Numbered from the stretch's first letter, positions 32,484-42,777 are shown. The stretch: 50,805 nt of DNA from Candidatus Kaiserbacteria bacterium (GCA_019247335.1 JAFAPB010000070.1:1-50805); one strand, 5' to 3'. Numbers and translations are program-made. Notes: generated by a model from the sequence alone, not told the origin.

Positions 32484-32723
32484 ATGCTGCGAACCGCACG
32501 AGCCGCTGCCCGTCATGCGGGGTTCCGCATCGCTGTCAGCAATCCGCCGAAGCCGCCTGAAGTCCGGGCGTTCAACGCGATGCTCGACTTCAGCGTCGAA
32601 ATCTCGCGCCCGTTCATGCCGATCGCCGAAGAGCTCTTCCAGAGCGCGCGCGGCCTCGGCACCTGGTCGATCGTTCCCGGCCTCGTCGTCATGGGACTCT
32701 TGTTCCCGGTCAGAACTGCCTGA
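32484..32723 (+). CDS. Possible small protein with C-terminal TM helix (79 aa)
   Basis: The plus frame has strongly G/C-biased third positions, like bona fide genes here. The antisense 84-aa ORF does not. I see no homology. Confidence 0.3.
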   Translation: MLRTARAAARHAGFRIAVSNPPKPPEVRAFNAMLDFSVEISRPFMPIAEELFQSARGLGTWSIVPGLVVMGLLFPVRTA

Positions 32724-32781
32724 CCTCAAATCTACGTCGGGGCGCCTCGCGCCCCCTCGTCATTTACTATACAGTTTCGAG

Positions 32782-33906
32782 ATGCGGATACTCATTGTCT
32801 CCGGTATTTTCGAGCCGGATATCGGCGGCCCGGCGACGTACGCGCCGCGCCTTGCGGCAAAGCTCACGGAGCTTGGACACGACGTGCAGCTGGTTACTTA
32901 TTCTGACAAACCGCAGTACGATGCGGATGCACGCTATCGCTTTAAGCTCGAGCGCGTCCTCCGGCGCGGCAAGATTGCGAACCGTATCAAAATGTTTTTT
33001 GCCGTTCGACGCGCCGCACGGCAGTGCGACATCGTCTATCTTCTTGACTGGTTTGCCGCAGGCTTTCCAGCGTCGCTTGCGGCAGATCTTGCGGGAAAGA
33101 AATATGTCGTCCGCATCGGCGGCGATTATTTGTGGGAGCGTTATCTTTCTTCCGGTGCGCCGCCACTGCCGCTTGCGGATTTTTATGCAAAAGGTCTCTA
33201 TAGAGCAGCGCAATACGGTCCGCACCGATATATGATCGGTCGCGTATTGCGCAAGGCTGCGCGGGTCATTTTCAACACGGAAAAACAGCGTGAGTTATAT
33301 GAGCGCTATATGGGCGTAGGCGGCGCGGCAGTGATCCGCAATCCAATACCGCGAACCGAAACGGCGGAAATTCATCGTAGTACTGCATCAAAAGAGTTCG
33401 TGTTCTGGGGTCGCATCGTGGCGATGAAAAATCTCTCGTCCCTTATCAAAGCATTCGCGACGGCGAAGATACCGCAAGATTTCACGCTCGCGATCATCGG
33501 CGACGGACCGAAAAAGGCTGGACTCGAACATCTTGCTCGCGAGCTCAACGTGAACGATCGTATGAACTTTTTTCCTGCGATGCCGCTCTCTGGAGTGCTT
33601 GAGCGGGTGAAAGACGCGCGCGCCTTCGTATTACCGAGCTGGACTGACATATCGCCCAACCAGGTCTATGAAGCGCTCGCTATCGGCCTTCCCGCGCTCG
33701 TCACGAGTGAGAATTATCTCTCCATTGGGTCGCGGCTTCCCGTTACGATCGATCCGCGTTCGGTCGGAGACATTGCGGCGAAGATCGAAATGCTCGCTGA
33801 CGACACACAGTATGCGTCTTTCGCGGAGCGCTTTGCCTCGATTAGAGAAAGCCGCGATTGGAAGGACGTGGCAGACGAGCATGTCAGAATATTCGAAACG
33901 CTATGA
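32782..33906 (+). CDS. Glycosyltransferase family 4
   Basis: MRILIVSGIFEPDIGGPATYAPRLAAKLTELGHDVQLVTYSD... The longer ORF upstream is a frame extension through the intergenic region. Confidence 0.85.
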   Translation: MRILIVSGIFEPDIGGPATYAPRLAAKLTELGHDVQLVTYSDKPQYDADARYRFKLERVLRRGKIANRIKMFFAVRRAARQCDIVYLLDWFAAGFPASLAADLAGKKYVVRIGGDYLWERYLSSGAPPLPLADFYAKGLYRAAQYGPHRYMIGRVLRKAARVIFNTEKQRELYERYMGVGGAAVIRNPIPRTETAEIHRSTASKEFVFWGRIVAMKNLSSLIKAFATAKIPQDFTLAIIGDGPKKAGLEHLARELNVNDRMNFFPAMPLSGVLERVKDARAFVLPSWTDISPNQVYEALAIGLPALVTSENYLSIGSRLPVTIDPRSVGDIAAKIEMLADDTQYASFAERFASIRESRDWKDVADEHVRIFETL

Positions 33907-34967
33907 GAGTCCTGCAGATCGGTGCCGACAGGTCGAAGCGGGGAATACTCTTTCCCGGCTCGCCCGCATACATGCGCCAAAAAGCGTATGCGGAGAATTT
34001 CGGCGCACTCGACATCATCGGCTGTTCGCTCAAAAAGGACGGCGCTGCGCCGTCGCGCTCAGGAAATCTCGCTGTGTATCCCACGAATGCCCCGTTCAAG
34101 CTTTTCTATGGCACGTACGCGCTTATGATCGCGCGTACGCTTGAGAAGCCGGACGTCGTCTCCGCGCAGGATCCGCATTCGTGCGGATTGCTCGCGCTCT
34201 GGATCGCGCGGTGGCGCGGCGTGCCGCTGCATATCCAAGTCCACACCGATATCTTTGCGATCTCCTACGGACTTCACTCCGTTGCGAATTCTTTAAAGCT
34301 CCATATTGCGTTCTATGTTTTGAAAAAAGCCGACGGCATTCGCGTCGTCTCCGAGCGCGTGAAAGAGCACATCGAGGCGCGCCTTACGCCGAAGCGGCCG
34401 ATCAAAGTACTTCCGATATTTACCGATATCGAGCGTCTTCGTTCGCAATCTGCTGACCCTACGTTTGCGAATCGCTTCAGCTCGTTTACGATTAAGTTGC
34501 TTTTTGTAGGCCGCCTTGAGCCCGAGAAAAATTGTGCCGCCGCGATACGCGCCTTTGCCGAGGCTGCGCCCCGTGACGCGTGCCTTATCGTCGTCGGTAC
34601 AGGACACGATCGAGAGGCGCTCGAAGCGCTGGCCCGAGAAAAGGACGTCGCGGATCGCGTATTCTTCGAGGGGGAGAAGGATGCAGCGCCCTATTACGCG
34701 CTCATCGATCTTTTGCTCGTTACCTCGGTATACGAGGGCTACGGGATGGCGATCGTCGAGGCGCTCGGGGCCCGCAAACCGGTGCTCTCGACTGACGTCG
34801 GCATTGCGCGTGAGGCCGGAGCGATCATCGCGGAAGGCGATTTTGCCGAGGCGCTCGGCGCGTGGTTCAAAAGCGGTCCGCGGCACGCGGCGCTCGCTTC
34901 CTATCCGTATAAAACCTTCGATGAGTACGTAGCGGCGTATTGCGACGACATTCGCGGCATAGTATAG
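33903..34967 (+). CDS. Glycosyltransferase family 4
   Basis: ATGA start/stop overlap with the upstream gene. MRVLQIGADRS...; C-terminal YEGYGMAIVEALGARKPVLSTDVG. Confidence 0.8.
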   Translation: MRVLQIGADRSKRGILFPGSPAYMRQKAYAENFGALDIIGCSLKKDGAAPSRSGNLAVYPTNAPFKLFYGTYALMIARTLEKPDVVSAQDPHSCGLLALWIARWRGVPLHIQVHTDIFAISYGLHSVANSLKLHIAFYVLKKADGIRVVSERVKEHIEARLTPKRPIKVLPIFTDIERLRSQSADPTFANRFSSFTIKLLFVGRLEPEKNCAAAIRAFAEAAPRDACLIVVGTGHDREALEALAREKDVADRVFFEGEKDAAPYYALIDLLLVTSVYEGYGMAIVEALGARKPVLSTDVGIAREAGAIIAEGDFAEALGAWFKSGPRHAALASYPYKTFDEYVAAYCDDIRGIV

Positions 34968-34975
34968 TCGCGCCC

Positions 34976-35863
34976 ATGGCATATAAGAAAAAGCCGCTCA
35001 TCGGCTTCGTCGGGCAGGGATACGTCGGGAAAAATTACGCGGATGATTTCGAAAAACGCGGCTACGAAGTGATACGGTACTCACTCGAGGAACCGTACAT
35101 AAAGAACAAATCGAAGATCAAAAACTGCGACGTCGTCATCGTCGCGGTGCCGACGCCCTCGACGCCGCAGGGCTTCGACGGTTCGATCGTTAGAGCCGCG
35201 CTCTCGCTCGTCGGCAAAGGCAAGATCGCGCTCATCAAATCAACGATCGTGCCTGGAATGACGCGCGAATTGCAGAAGAAGTACCCGCAAATCACGGTGC
35301 TTTTCTGCCCGGAATTCTTGAGCGTCGCCACAGCGGCGTACGATGTCGCGAATCCGATCATGAACGTCGTAGGTGTCGCCTCGGAGGACGCGCAGAAGCA
35401 GAAGGACGCCCATTACGCGCTCTCGCTCTTCAAGCGCGCGCCGCTCAATCAGGTCTGCACGAGCGAAGAGGCAGAGCTCATCAAATATGCTCATAACATC
35501 AGCGGCTATATGCAGATCCTTACGTTCAACACGGTCTACGACATCGCGGAAAAACTCGGCGCCTCGTGGAGTCCGATCCAGCGCGCGATCGAAACGGATC
35601 CTTTGATCTCGAACCGCTATTCGAATCCGGTACATAAGGGCGGCCGCGGCGCGGGCGGCTTCTGTTTCATCAAAGACATGGCCGCGTTCACGCGCCATTA
35701 CGAGAAGGTCGTGAAAGAGCCGCTTGGTACGGCGATGCTGCGGGCCGCGCAGAAAAAGAATATCGCCCTTCTGCTTGCATCCGACAAAGATCTCGACCTC
35801 CTGACAGGCGTCTATGGCCCGTCCGTCGTGAAAAGCGCGAAGAAGCGCGCCGCAAAGAAATAA
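34976..35863 (+). CDS. UDP-glucose/GDP-mannose dehydrogenase-family protein, short form (no C-terminal nucleotide-sugar-binding domain)
   Basis: GFVGQGYVGKNYA (Rossmann fold), VAVPTP, CPEFLSVATAAYD, and GGRGAGGFCFIKD (catalytic Cys region). Only 295 aa. Confidence 0.65.
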   Translation: MAYKKKPLIGFVGQGYVGKNYADDFEKRGYEVIRYSLEEPYIKNKSKIKNCDVVIVAVPTPSTPQGFDGSIVRAALSLVGKGKIALIKSTIVPGMTRELQKKYPQITVLFCPEFLSVATAAYDVANPIMNVVGVASEDAQKQKDAHYALSLFKRAPLNQVCTSEEAELIKYAHNISGYMQILTFNTVYDIAEKLGASWSPIQRAIETDPLISNRYSNPVHKGGRGAGGFCFIKDMAAFTRHYEKVVKEPLGTAMLRAAQKKNIALLLASDKDLDLLTGVYGPSVVKSAKKRAAKK

Positions 35864-35878
35864 CGGTACAATGCCCGC

Positions 35879-36910
35879 ATGCGGCTTCTTATCCTGACGC
35901 AGGCGGTCGACGTCGAGGATCTCTACCTCGGGTTTTTCCACCGATGGCTGCTCGAATTTTCGAAGCATTTTGAAACGATCGAGGTGATCTGCCTCAAGGA
36001 AGGGAAGCATGCGCTGCCCTCGAACGTGCGCGTGTATTCGCTCGGTAAAGAGCGGGCGCCGTCGCGCCTTCGATACATCCGGCTCTTTTATACATATCTC
36101 TGGAAGCTGCGCGGTGAGTACGACGCGGTTCTTGTGCATCAAAATCAGGAATACATCCTCCTTGGCGGGCTTTTGTGGCGACTCTTAGGGAAACGAGTAT
36201 ACCTCTGGCGCAATCATTACGCGGGCACGTTCCTGACCGGTATCGCTGCCGGGTTGTCGAAGAAAGTATTTTGCACATCGAGATTTTCCTATACGGCGCG
36301 CTATCGCAATAACGTCTTGATGCCCGTCGGCATCGACACCGCGTTTTTTGCGGCGCAATCAGGGGTCGCTCGGATATCGCGTTCGATCCTCTTTTATGCG
36401 CGTCTCGCGCCGTCGAAAAAGCCGGATGTCTTTATCGCGGCACTTGCCTTGCTCAAAGGACGCGGCCGAGATTTCTCCGCAGTCGTTCGCGGTACGCCGC
36501 TCCCGGAATTCGCGCTGTACCTGGAGGAGCTCACGGCCCGCGTGCGCGAGAAGGGCCTCGATAGCATGATTCGGTTCGAGCCGGGGGCTCCGAATGACGA
36601 AGGCCCGCGCATCTTCAGCACAGCCGACATCTTTGTGAATCTCGGCGGCAGCGGCATGTATGACAAGATGATCTTCGAAGCGGCCGCGTGCGGCGCGATA
36701 CCGCTTGCGATGAGCAAGGATTTCGCGGCGATCGCGGACGCTCGCCTCGCTTTTGATGGCACTGCTGAATCGCTTGCGGCGCGTCTTGAAACGATCCTCG
36801 CGCTTTCGGAGAGCGAAAAGGAGTCGCTTCGCGCGCACGCTCGATCGCTCGCCGAAGATCAATCGCTTGCGCGTCTTTCGGCTCGGCTTGTCGAAGAACT
36901 CTCGGTATGA
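35879..36910 (+). CDS. Glycosyltransferase (GT-B fold, group 1-like)
   Basis: MRLLILTQAVDVEDLYLGFFHRWLLEF... and the C-terminal half ...MYDKMIFEAAACGAIPLA. ATG lies 6 nt after TACAAT. Confidence 0.7.
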   Translation: MRLLILTQAVDVEDLYLGFFHRWLLEFSKHFETIEVICLKEGKHALPSNVRVYSLGKERAPSRLRYIRLFYTYLWKLRGEYDAVLVHQNQEYILLGGLLWRLLGKRVYLWRNHYAGTFLTGIAAGLSKKVFCTSRFSYTARYRNNVLMPVGIDTAFFAAQSGVARISRSILFYARLAPSKKPDVFIAALALLKGRGRDFSAVVRGTPLPEFALYLEELTARVREKGLDSMIRFEPGAPNDEGPRIFSTADIFVNLGGSGMYDKMIFEAAACGAIPLAMSKDFAAIADARLAFDGTAESLAARLETILALSESEKESLRAHARSLAEDQSLARLSARLVEELSV

Positions 36911-37530
36911 TCTATGCCACCAAACGCGCGCTCATCGAGCGCCTCATTCAGCCCGGAGATGTCGTCCTCGACGTCGGTTTCCGCGGACAGGGGATCAAGA
37001 AAGACAGCGGCGAGTGGCCGCACGCGCTGCTCAAGGCCCGCGCCGCAGACGTCTATGGGCTCGATCTCGCGCTCGACCCTGAATATGAGAACAATGATCA
37101 CTATCGTGCTGCAAATGCCGAGGAGTTCGAATTCCCAATCTCTTTTGACGTCATATTCGCCGGCGATCTCATCGAGCACCTCTCGAATCCTGGCCGCTTT
37201 CTTGAACGCTGCAGAACATCTCTGAAGTCCGGCGGCAGGCTCATCCTTACGACACCGAATACCTTCAATCTGTTCAATATGACGGAGAAACTTACCAAAC
37301 GAGAGCCGACGGTAAATCCCGACCATACGATGTATCTCAACGAAAAAACGCTGCGGCAGCTCCTTTCAAAGAACGGTATGCAGGTCGCTGATGTGGGGTT
37401 CCTCTACACGCTCGGCTACGAACACAGGGAGAGCTGGAAGAAAAAGATGCTGAACATTCTCTACGCTTTCCTCGCGCGCTTCACCGATAAATTCGTGGAG
37501 ACCTTAGTCGTCGTCGCGAAAGCAGCGTAG
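36907..37530 (+). CDS. Class I SAM-dependent methyltransferase
   Basis: VVLDVGFRGQG (motif I-like), VIFAGDLIEHLSNP, GGRLILTTPN. ATGA overlap with the upstream GT gene. Confidence 0.8.
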   Translation: MIYATKRALIERLIQPGDVVLDVGFRGQGIKKDSGEWPHALLKARAADVYGLDLALDPEYENNDHYRAANAEEFEFPISFDVIFAGDLIEHLSNPGRFLERCRTSLKSGGRLILTTPNTFNLFNMTEKLTKREPTVNPDHTMYLNEKTLRQLLSKNGMQVADVGFLYTLGYEHRESWKKKMLNILYAFLARFTDKFVETLVVVAKAA

Positions 37531-37532
37531 CT

Positions 37533-38633
37533 ATGCGGATCCTTTATGTCGCAGCAGTCCGCATGCCGACCGAGAAGGCGCACGGGCTCCAGATAATGAA
37601 AATGTGCGAAGCTTATACGCGCCTCGGGCACGAGGTCACGCTCGTCGTGCCTGACCGAGAGAACGTTATCCGCGAAGACCCGTTCGCGTATTACGCGATC
37701 AAAACACGGTTTGGGATCGAGAAATTGCGCGCGCCGGAATTTATTCCGTACGACATGATCACCTATTGGTGGCACCGGCTCGTTTTCGCTTTTGCGGCTT
37801 GGCGATTCACGCGGCAAGCCCGATGTGATGTGATCCACACGCGCGACGAGCTGATCGCGTTGTTTTTGAGCTTCGGGGGGACGCCGTACATCTTCGAGGT
37901 GCACGAAGGCAGATGGAACATGTTGATGCGGCGCGCTGCGCGGAAGGCGCGATCGATGCCGGTACTTACGCACGGGCTCGCCGCTTATTTTGCCGCGCAC
38001 GGCGTCGCGCCGCACAAACTCATGGTCTCGCCGGATGCGGTCGACCTCGGCGACTTCGCACATCCGGAGAGCCGAGAGTCATCGCGCGCGCGGCTCAATC
38101 TGCCGAAGGAGAAAAAGATCGCGCTCTATATCGGACTTATCGATGCATGGAAAGGCACCGACACCTTCTTCGCGGCGTCAGCCCACGTGCCCGACGACAT
38201 TCTGCTCGCGGTGATCGGCGGCAAAGACGATCAGATCGCGCCGCTTAAGACGAAATACCCGAAGGTCCTGTTCCTCGGGTCGCGGCCGTATCGTGAGCTC
38301 GCGAACAATCAGTCGGCGGCGGATGTGCTCGTGCTTCCCAATTCAGGGAAGCACGCGATCTCAAGCCGCGACACCTCGCCCTTGAAACTCTTTACCTATA
38401 TGGCATCGGGGCGGGCGATCGTTGCATCGGATCTGCCGAGCCTGCGCGAAGTGCTTGACGAGCGCACGGCGGAATTCTTCACGCCTGATGACGCCGATTC
38501 GCTCGCGCGCGCGATCGCGCGCGTGCTCGAAAACGCGGCGCATGCCGACTCGCTCGCCCGTGCGGCGCGGGAGAAAGTAACAGCCTACACCTGGGAGGCG
38601 CGTGCGGAGCATATTATCGAGGCGATTTTATAG
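37533..38633 (+). CDS. Glycosyltransferase family 4
   Basis: MRILYVAAVRMPTEKAHGLQIMKMCEAYTRLGHEVTLVVPDR...; C-terminal ..SPLKLFTYMASGRAIVASD. Confidence 0.85.
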   Translation: MRILYVAAVRMPTEKAHGLQIMKMCEAYTRLGHEVTLVVPDRENVIREDPFAYYAIKTRFGIEKLRAPEFIPYDMITYWWHRLVFAFAAWRFTRQARCDVIHTRDELIALFLSFGGTPYIFEVHEGRWNMLMRRAARKARSMPVLTHGLAAYFAAHGVAPHKLMVSPDAVDLGDFAHPESRESSRARLNLPKEKKIALYIGLIDAWKGTDTFFAASAHVPDDILLAVIGGKDDQIAPLKTKYPKVLFLGSRPYRELANNQSAADVLVLPNSGKHAISSRDTSPLKLFTYMASGRAIVASDLPSLREVLDERTAEFFTPDDADSLARAIARVLENAAHADSLARAAREKVTAYTWEARAEHIIEAIL

Positions 38634-39761
38634 TGCTCGCGCTTTCGCGAAGCGTTCGAGATCGTCAAGAAAGTCGCGCGCGACGTTCGCGACATCGAAA
38701 ACGCGCGCGCGTTCGATCGCGGCGCGGGCGAGTGCCGCGTGCCGATCGCTCCCGAGCGCTTCTTTGATTTTTGCTGCAAGATCCGCCGCGTCGTTTTTCT
38801 TCATCGTGAGGCCGCCCTCGCCTGCGACCCAGGCCGAGCCGGTGTTTTCCGTGGCGATCACAGGGCAGCCACATGCCATCGCTTCCGCCACGGTGCGGCC
38901 GAAGGGCTCCGGCCACCGGACGGGTTGGAGAAAGACATTCGCGTGCGCATAGAACGAAAGCAATTCCGAGCCGCTTTTCCATCCGTGGAAATGCACGCGA
39001 CCGGGCATGTGCGCCGCTTTTTGCCGCAATGCGCTCTCTTCCGCGCCCGCTCCGACAATATGCGCGTGAATATCTTCAGGAACTTGTACGAGCGCGTCGA
39101 GAATGAGGTCCGCGCCCTTGCCGTGTTCGAGACGACCGACGTAGAGAATGTTGCGCAAACCTGATTCGTACGGATTCGGCAGCGCGGCGCTCGATCGCAG
39201 TATCGACGTCAGATCCATGAATTCCGGCGTGACGACCGAATCGTGCGTCTTGTAGCCCGCGCGTGCGTAGAGCGCCTGCAAGACCGGTGAGTCGAAATAC
39301 ATGCGGTCGATGCCGCGTGCTAAATAGAGCCCGAGCGTGTGTTCCCAGAGCCACCAGCGCGCGATATGGAGGCGGTTTTTGAGCACGTTGGTTTGCGTCT
39401 TGAAATAACCCATGCCGATCGTGAACGTGTTGATATAAGCAAGGACGAGCGCTCGGCGGTTTTTTCTGCCAAAGATGCCTGCGGCCCAGATCAGGGTCGG
39501 CGATGCGATCAGGTGTATATCGCTTTCACTATCTTTTGCCATGAGCCGTGCGACATGGAATTGCAGCGGCAGAAAGCCGCGCGTGAAAATCTCCTGCTCG
39601 AGCTTCATCGGCATATCGATCTCATCGCTGCCGGAGAGAAAGGTCGAAAGCGTCACGTCGTAGCCGCGCGCGAGCATCGCGCGGATCATCAGATCGAGCG
39701 TGCGGTGCGCGCCGCCGCCTGTTTTCGGCTTGAAGCGGAGCGCATAGATATGGATCTTCAT
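38628..39761 (-). CDS. Glycosyltransferase family 4
   Basis: ...EPFGRTVAEAMACGCPVIATENTGS... Its stop overlaps the convergent GT4 stop (TTATAG). Confidence 0.85.
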   Translation of the reverse strand: MKIHIYALRFKPKTGGGAHRTLDLMIRAMLARGYDVTLSTFLSGSDEIDMPMKLEQEIFTRGFLPLQFHVARLMAKDSESDIHLIASPTLIWAAGIFGRKNRRALVLAYINTFTIGMGYFKTQTNVLKNRLHIARWWLWEHTLGLYLARGIDRMYFDSPVLQALYARAGYKTHDSVVTPEFMDLTSILRSSAALPNPYESGLRNILYVGRLEHGKGADLILDALVQVPEDIHAHIVGAGAEESALRQKAAHMPGRVHFHGWKSGSELLSFYAHANVFLQPVRWPEPFGRTVAEAMACGCPVIATENTGSAWVAGEGGLTMKKNDAADLAAKIKEALGSDRHAALARAAIERARVFDVANVARDFLDDLERFAKARAL

Positions 39762-41275
39762 ACCGGGCGGACGGCGCGCACCACCGAGCGCGCAAGAAGC
39801 AGCAATGTATCATAGGGACCTTTTTTGAAGAGAATTCCTGCGAGCACGATAATGCCGGCGTAGATCAAGCCGGAGAGCGCGACGAGAAGGATGTACCCGC
39901 TCGTCGCGTTAAAGAACGGATGCGAAAGCAGCGAAAGCGCGAGCGGCACGGGCGCTGCGGAGGCGATCGCGACGACGAGCGCCGTCGAAAGAATGCGCCG
40001 CACGTTGATACCGACTTCCATAATGAGGTAGTAGCCCGTGACGCAGGTAGCGGAGAGGACCGCGGAGAGGAGGGCGTATGCGGCACCGCGTGCGCCGTAT
40101 GGCGGAATAAGCAGCACATACCCGGCGATCGCGACCACGGTGTACACGCTCGTCACGAGCGACTGTATCTTAGGCTTTCCGATTCCGTTGAAAACGGCCG
40201 TCGCGAGCGTGACGGCAAGCGCATTAAAGGTCGCCATGACGACGAGTATCTTCAGGTACGGCGCAAGCGCGATCCAGCCAGGGCCGAGTACGACGAGTAC
40301 GATGCGGGTCCCTGTGAGCCAGATCGCAACGATGTACGGAATCGAGACGAAGCTCAAGATATCGAATGTCTTGTTGATGCCCTCGATGATGTGCGGGCGC
40401 GAATCGCGCACATGGATGTAGGACGTAAAGCTGACCTTATTGATCGCGCTCACCATCGCGGAGGAGGGCGCCTGCGCGAGCGATTTTGCCTTGGTGAACA
40501 CGCCGAGCTCGGCAGCGGAGGCGAAACGGCCGATCAACGCGTCGCCCACGCTCCGCTCGATCTGCTGCAAGACGTCCTGCGCGTAGAGCCACTGCCCGAA
40601 GTGGCGCAGGTCGTCGAGCATGCGGAAGCGGAAATCGAATCGCGGCCGATACGAATGCAGAAAATAGGTCGAGAACGCCATGCACGCGGTCGAAAGAATG
40701 TTGCCGAGAAAAAGCGCCCAGTACGAGTGATAGATGAGCGCGAGCGCGATAGAGAATATCGCGTATGTCGCTTTCGTTATCGTGTCGCGCAGGAAGATCC
40801 GTCGGAAGTCGAAATGCAGGAAAAAATAATTCTGCCCGATGTTGACGAGTCCCTGCATAAGAACGACCGCACCGGCGAAGTAGAGCGCGGTCTGCGCCTC
40901 TTCGATCTTGAAGTAGCGCGCGAGAAACGGAGCGAGCGCGAGCGTGAGTACAAAGATCGAAACTACGCGCAGAATGTTGAAGGTCCAGAGCACATTCAGA
41001 TAGCGGCCCATCGCCTCCTTTTTTTGCAGCGCGCTCGTATCGAGATTGAAGGTCGTGATGCCGTCGATGAACGTCGGGACCAGCAAAATGAGTGACGCGA
41101 TGCCGAATTCTCGCGGCGGAAGGATGCGGGCGAGCGCGAGGAAGGTGCCGAGCACAAAAAGCTGCTGGACGATCGTATTGGTGAGCTGCCAGCGGCCCGC
41201 GGCGATCGAGAGATCGAGTATGCCGCGGCCTTCCAGCTCGTCGTTCATGACCGGCGCATCATCTGCGTTTCTCAT
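39758..41275 (-). CDS. wzx: Wzx-type oligosaccharide/polysaccharide flippase (MOP superfamily)
   Basis: 505 aa with ~12-14 predicted TM segments. Its position within a glycan locus and ATGA-type overlaps on both sides support the call. Confidence 0.75.
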   Translation of the reverse strand: MRNADDAPVMNDELEGRGILDLSIAAGRWQLTNTIVQQLFVLGTFLALARILPPREFGIASLILLVPTFIDGITTFNLDTSALQKKEAMGRYLNVLWTFNILRVVSIFVLTLALAPFLARYFKIEEAQTALYFAGAVVLMQGLVNIGQNYFFLHFDFRRIFLRDTITKATYAIFSIALALIYHSYWALFLGNILSTACMAFSTYFLHSYRPRFDFRFRMLDDLRHFGQWLYAQDVLQQIERSVGDALIGRFASAAELGVFTKAKSLAQAPSSAMVSAINKVSFTSYIHVRDSRPHIIEGINKTFDILSFVSIPYIVAIWLTGTRIVLVVLGPGWIALAPYLKILVVMATFNALAVTLATAVFNGIGKPKIQSLVTSVYTVVAIAGYVLLIPPYGARGAAYALLSAVLSATCVTGYYLIMEVGINVRRILSTALVVAIASAAPVPLALSLLSHPFFNATSGYILLVALSGLIYAGIIVLAGILFKKGPYDTLLLLARSVVRAVRPV

Positions 41276-42777
41276 GCGGTAAGGCCGATCTTCTCGGCGA
41301 GTTTGCGCGAGAGGGCGCGCATGCCGCTGTCTTCGTACGCTTCTTTAAATGGCGCGGAACGATTCCAGAGCGCGCTGAAATCAACGACGACGGAATCTTC
41401 CAAAAGCGCGCTCACGTAATCGACGAGCGTCGCTTCGTCATGCCGCCATTCGGTGAGCTGCTTTTTGACGAGGTAGGGGAATTCTTCAAAGTTGCGGCAG
41501 CGCTCGACGCCCGGCACGTCGTTGAAGAAGACCTCCCCGAAAGTAATGACAGGCTTTTTGAAGAGGATGCTCTCCCACGCGTTCGTGCTCGTGATCGTCA
41601 CCGTGAGGGAGGCCCCGCGCGCAAGATCAAGCCCCGAGACGCTTGGATCGATGAGGCGCACGTTCGGCACCTTGAGCATTTCTTTGTAGTAGCGGCGCGT
41701 GCGGAAGCCGACCATGCCCGGGTGCTCTTTCACATAGAGCAGCATGCCGACGGGAAGCGAGCGCGCCGTCGCGCGGATGAGCTCGAGCTGATTGGTGTAA
41801 TAGGGAGCGAGAAGCAGGGTCGCGATCTCGGGCTCGATGTGAAGAGGATAGTAGGCGAACGGCGTTTTCCAATCGACGGGCGAGAAGAGATCGCTGTAGC
41901 CGTAGAGGCCGCGCACTTTGCGCTTCAATTTATCCCACACCTCCCACCAGATGAAAATATCAGTGTAATCAGCTTGTTTGCGGCGCTTCCAATGATTGAA
42001 GAACGTGCGGATGTGCCATGGTATGCTCCACGCGAGATTTTTGAGCGAAAGAAATCGCAGATTCGCGCCGCGCCCGGTGCGCGAGTAGAAGCCCGGCACG
42101 GCGCTCTCATCGTAGTGCGCGGGCGCGGCGCGAAACGTCGCAAGGAATGTCTCCGCCTCGCTCTTCATCGGTGATGGGCGCCCGCCCCGGATCTCGTCGA
42201 AAAGCTTCTTCACCCAGGTGAACGTCATGTAATTTTCCGAGAACGCGATCCGGTTGCCGATGCGCGCGAATTCCGCGTGGATCGTTTTGATGCCCTTTTT
42301 CTTCGCGAGGTAATAGAGGAGCATGCTCGGTGTCGAACCGATGACCGAGGTTACCAGCACATCCGGCTTCTCCGTATCGAGGAACGCGTCGATCGCTTTG
42401 GCGCAGACCTGCAGTTTGCGCAGCATGTCTTCATAGGAGAGGAGCGCCTCGTCGTGCGGGTACTCGCGGCGCAACTGTCCGCTCATGATGACGCGGTCGA
42501 TATAGAGATACGGCCAGAGATTCGGAATGCCATATTTCTTTTCAAATTCGCGCAAATACTCGAGATCGACCTTTTCATTCCAGAGCGTGTTATGAATGTC
42601 CTCGTCGAGAAGCAGTCCCGTGTAGCGAATGTCGGTCTGCGACTTCAGAAATTCATAGCTCGGTCGCTGGCCGACGAACGCGCAAAACTCGGTTTCCGGC
42701 GCGATTTCCTTGAGGTGACACGCCATAGCGTGGCCGAGCGGTGTAAACCGGCGATGGAGGAAGATACACACCTTCAT
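41272..42777 (-). CDS. Capsule-polysaccharide-biosynthesis (KpsC/KpsS-like, Capsule_synth) family protein
   Basis: ...LLYVKEHPGMVGF...LTVTITSTNAWESILFKKPVITFGEVFF... resembles the KpsS/KpsC C-terminal pattern. Assigned from memory of family motifs. Confidence 0.5.
   Translation of the reverse strand: MKVCIFLHRRFTPLGHAMACHLKEIAPETEFCAFVGQRPSYEFLKSQTDIRYTGLLLDEDIHNTLWNEKVDLEYLREFEKKYGIPNLWPYLYIDRVIMSGQLRREYPHDEALLSYEDMLRKLQVCAKAIDAFLDTEKPDVLVTSVIGSTPSMLLYYLAKKKGIKTIHAEFARIGNRIAFSENYMTFTWVKKLFDEIRGGRPSPMKSEAETFLATFRAAPAHYDESAVPGFYSRTGRGANLRFLSLKNLAWSIPWHIRTFFNHWKRRKQADYTDIFIWWEVWDKLKRKVRGLYGYSDLFSPVDWKTPFAYYPLHIEPEIATLLLAPYYTNQLELIRATARSLPVGMLLYVKEHPGMVGFRTRRYYKEMLKVPNVRLIDPSVSGLDLARGASLTVTITSTNAWESILFKKPVITFGEVFFNDVPGVERCRNFEEFPYLVKKQLTEWRHDEATLVDYVSALLEDSVVVDFSALWNRSAPFKEAYEDSGMRALSRKLAEKIGLTA

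Noticed and set aside
39920-41095. 391-aa plus ORF opposite the Wzx flippase
   Set aside because: The product is a highly charged Arg/Asp/Glu-rich antisense translation of a hydrophobic membrane-protein gene, so it is a shadow ORF.
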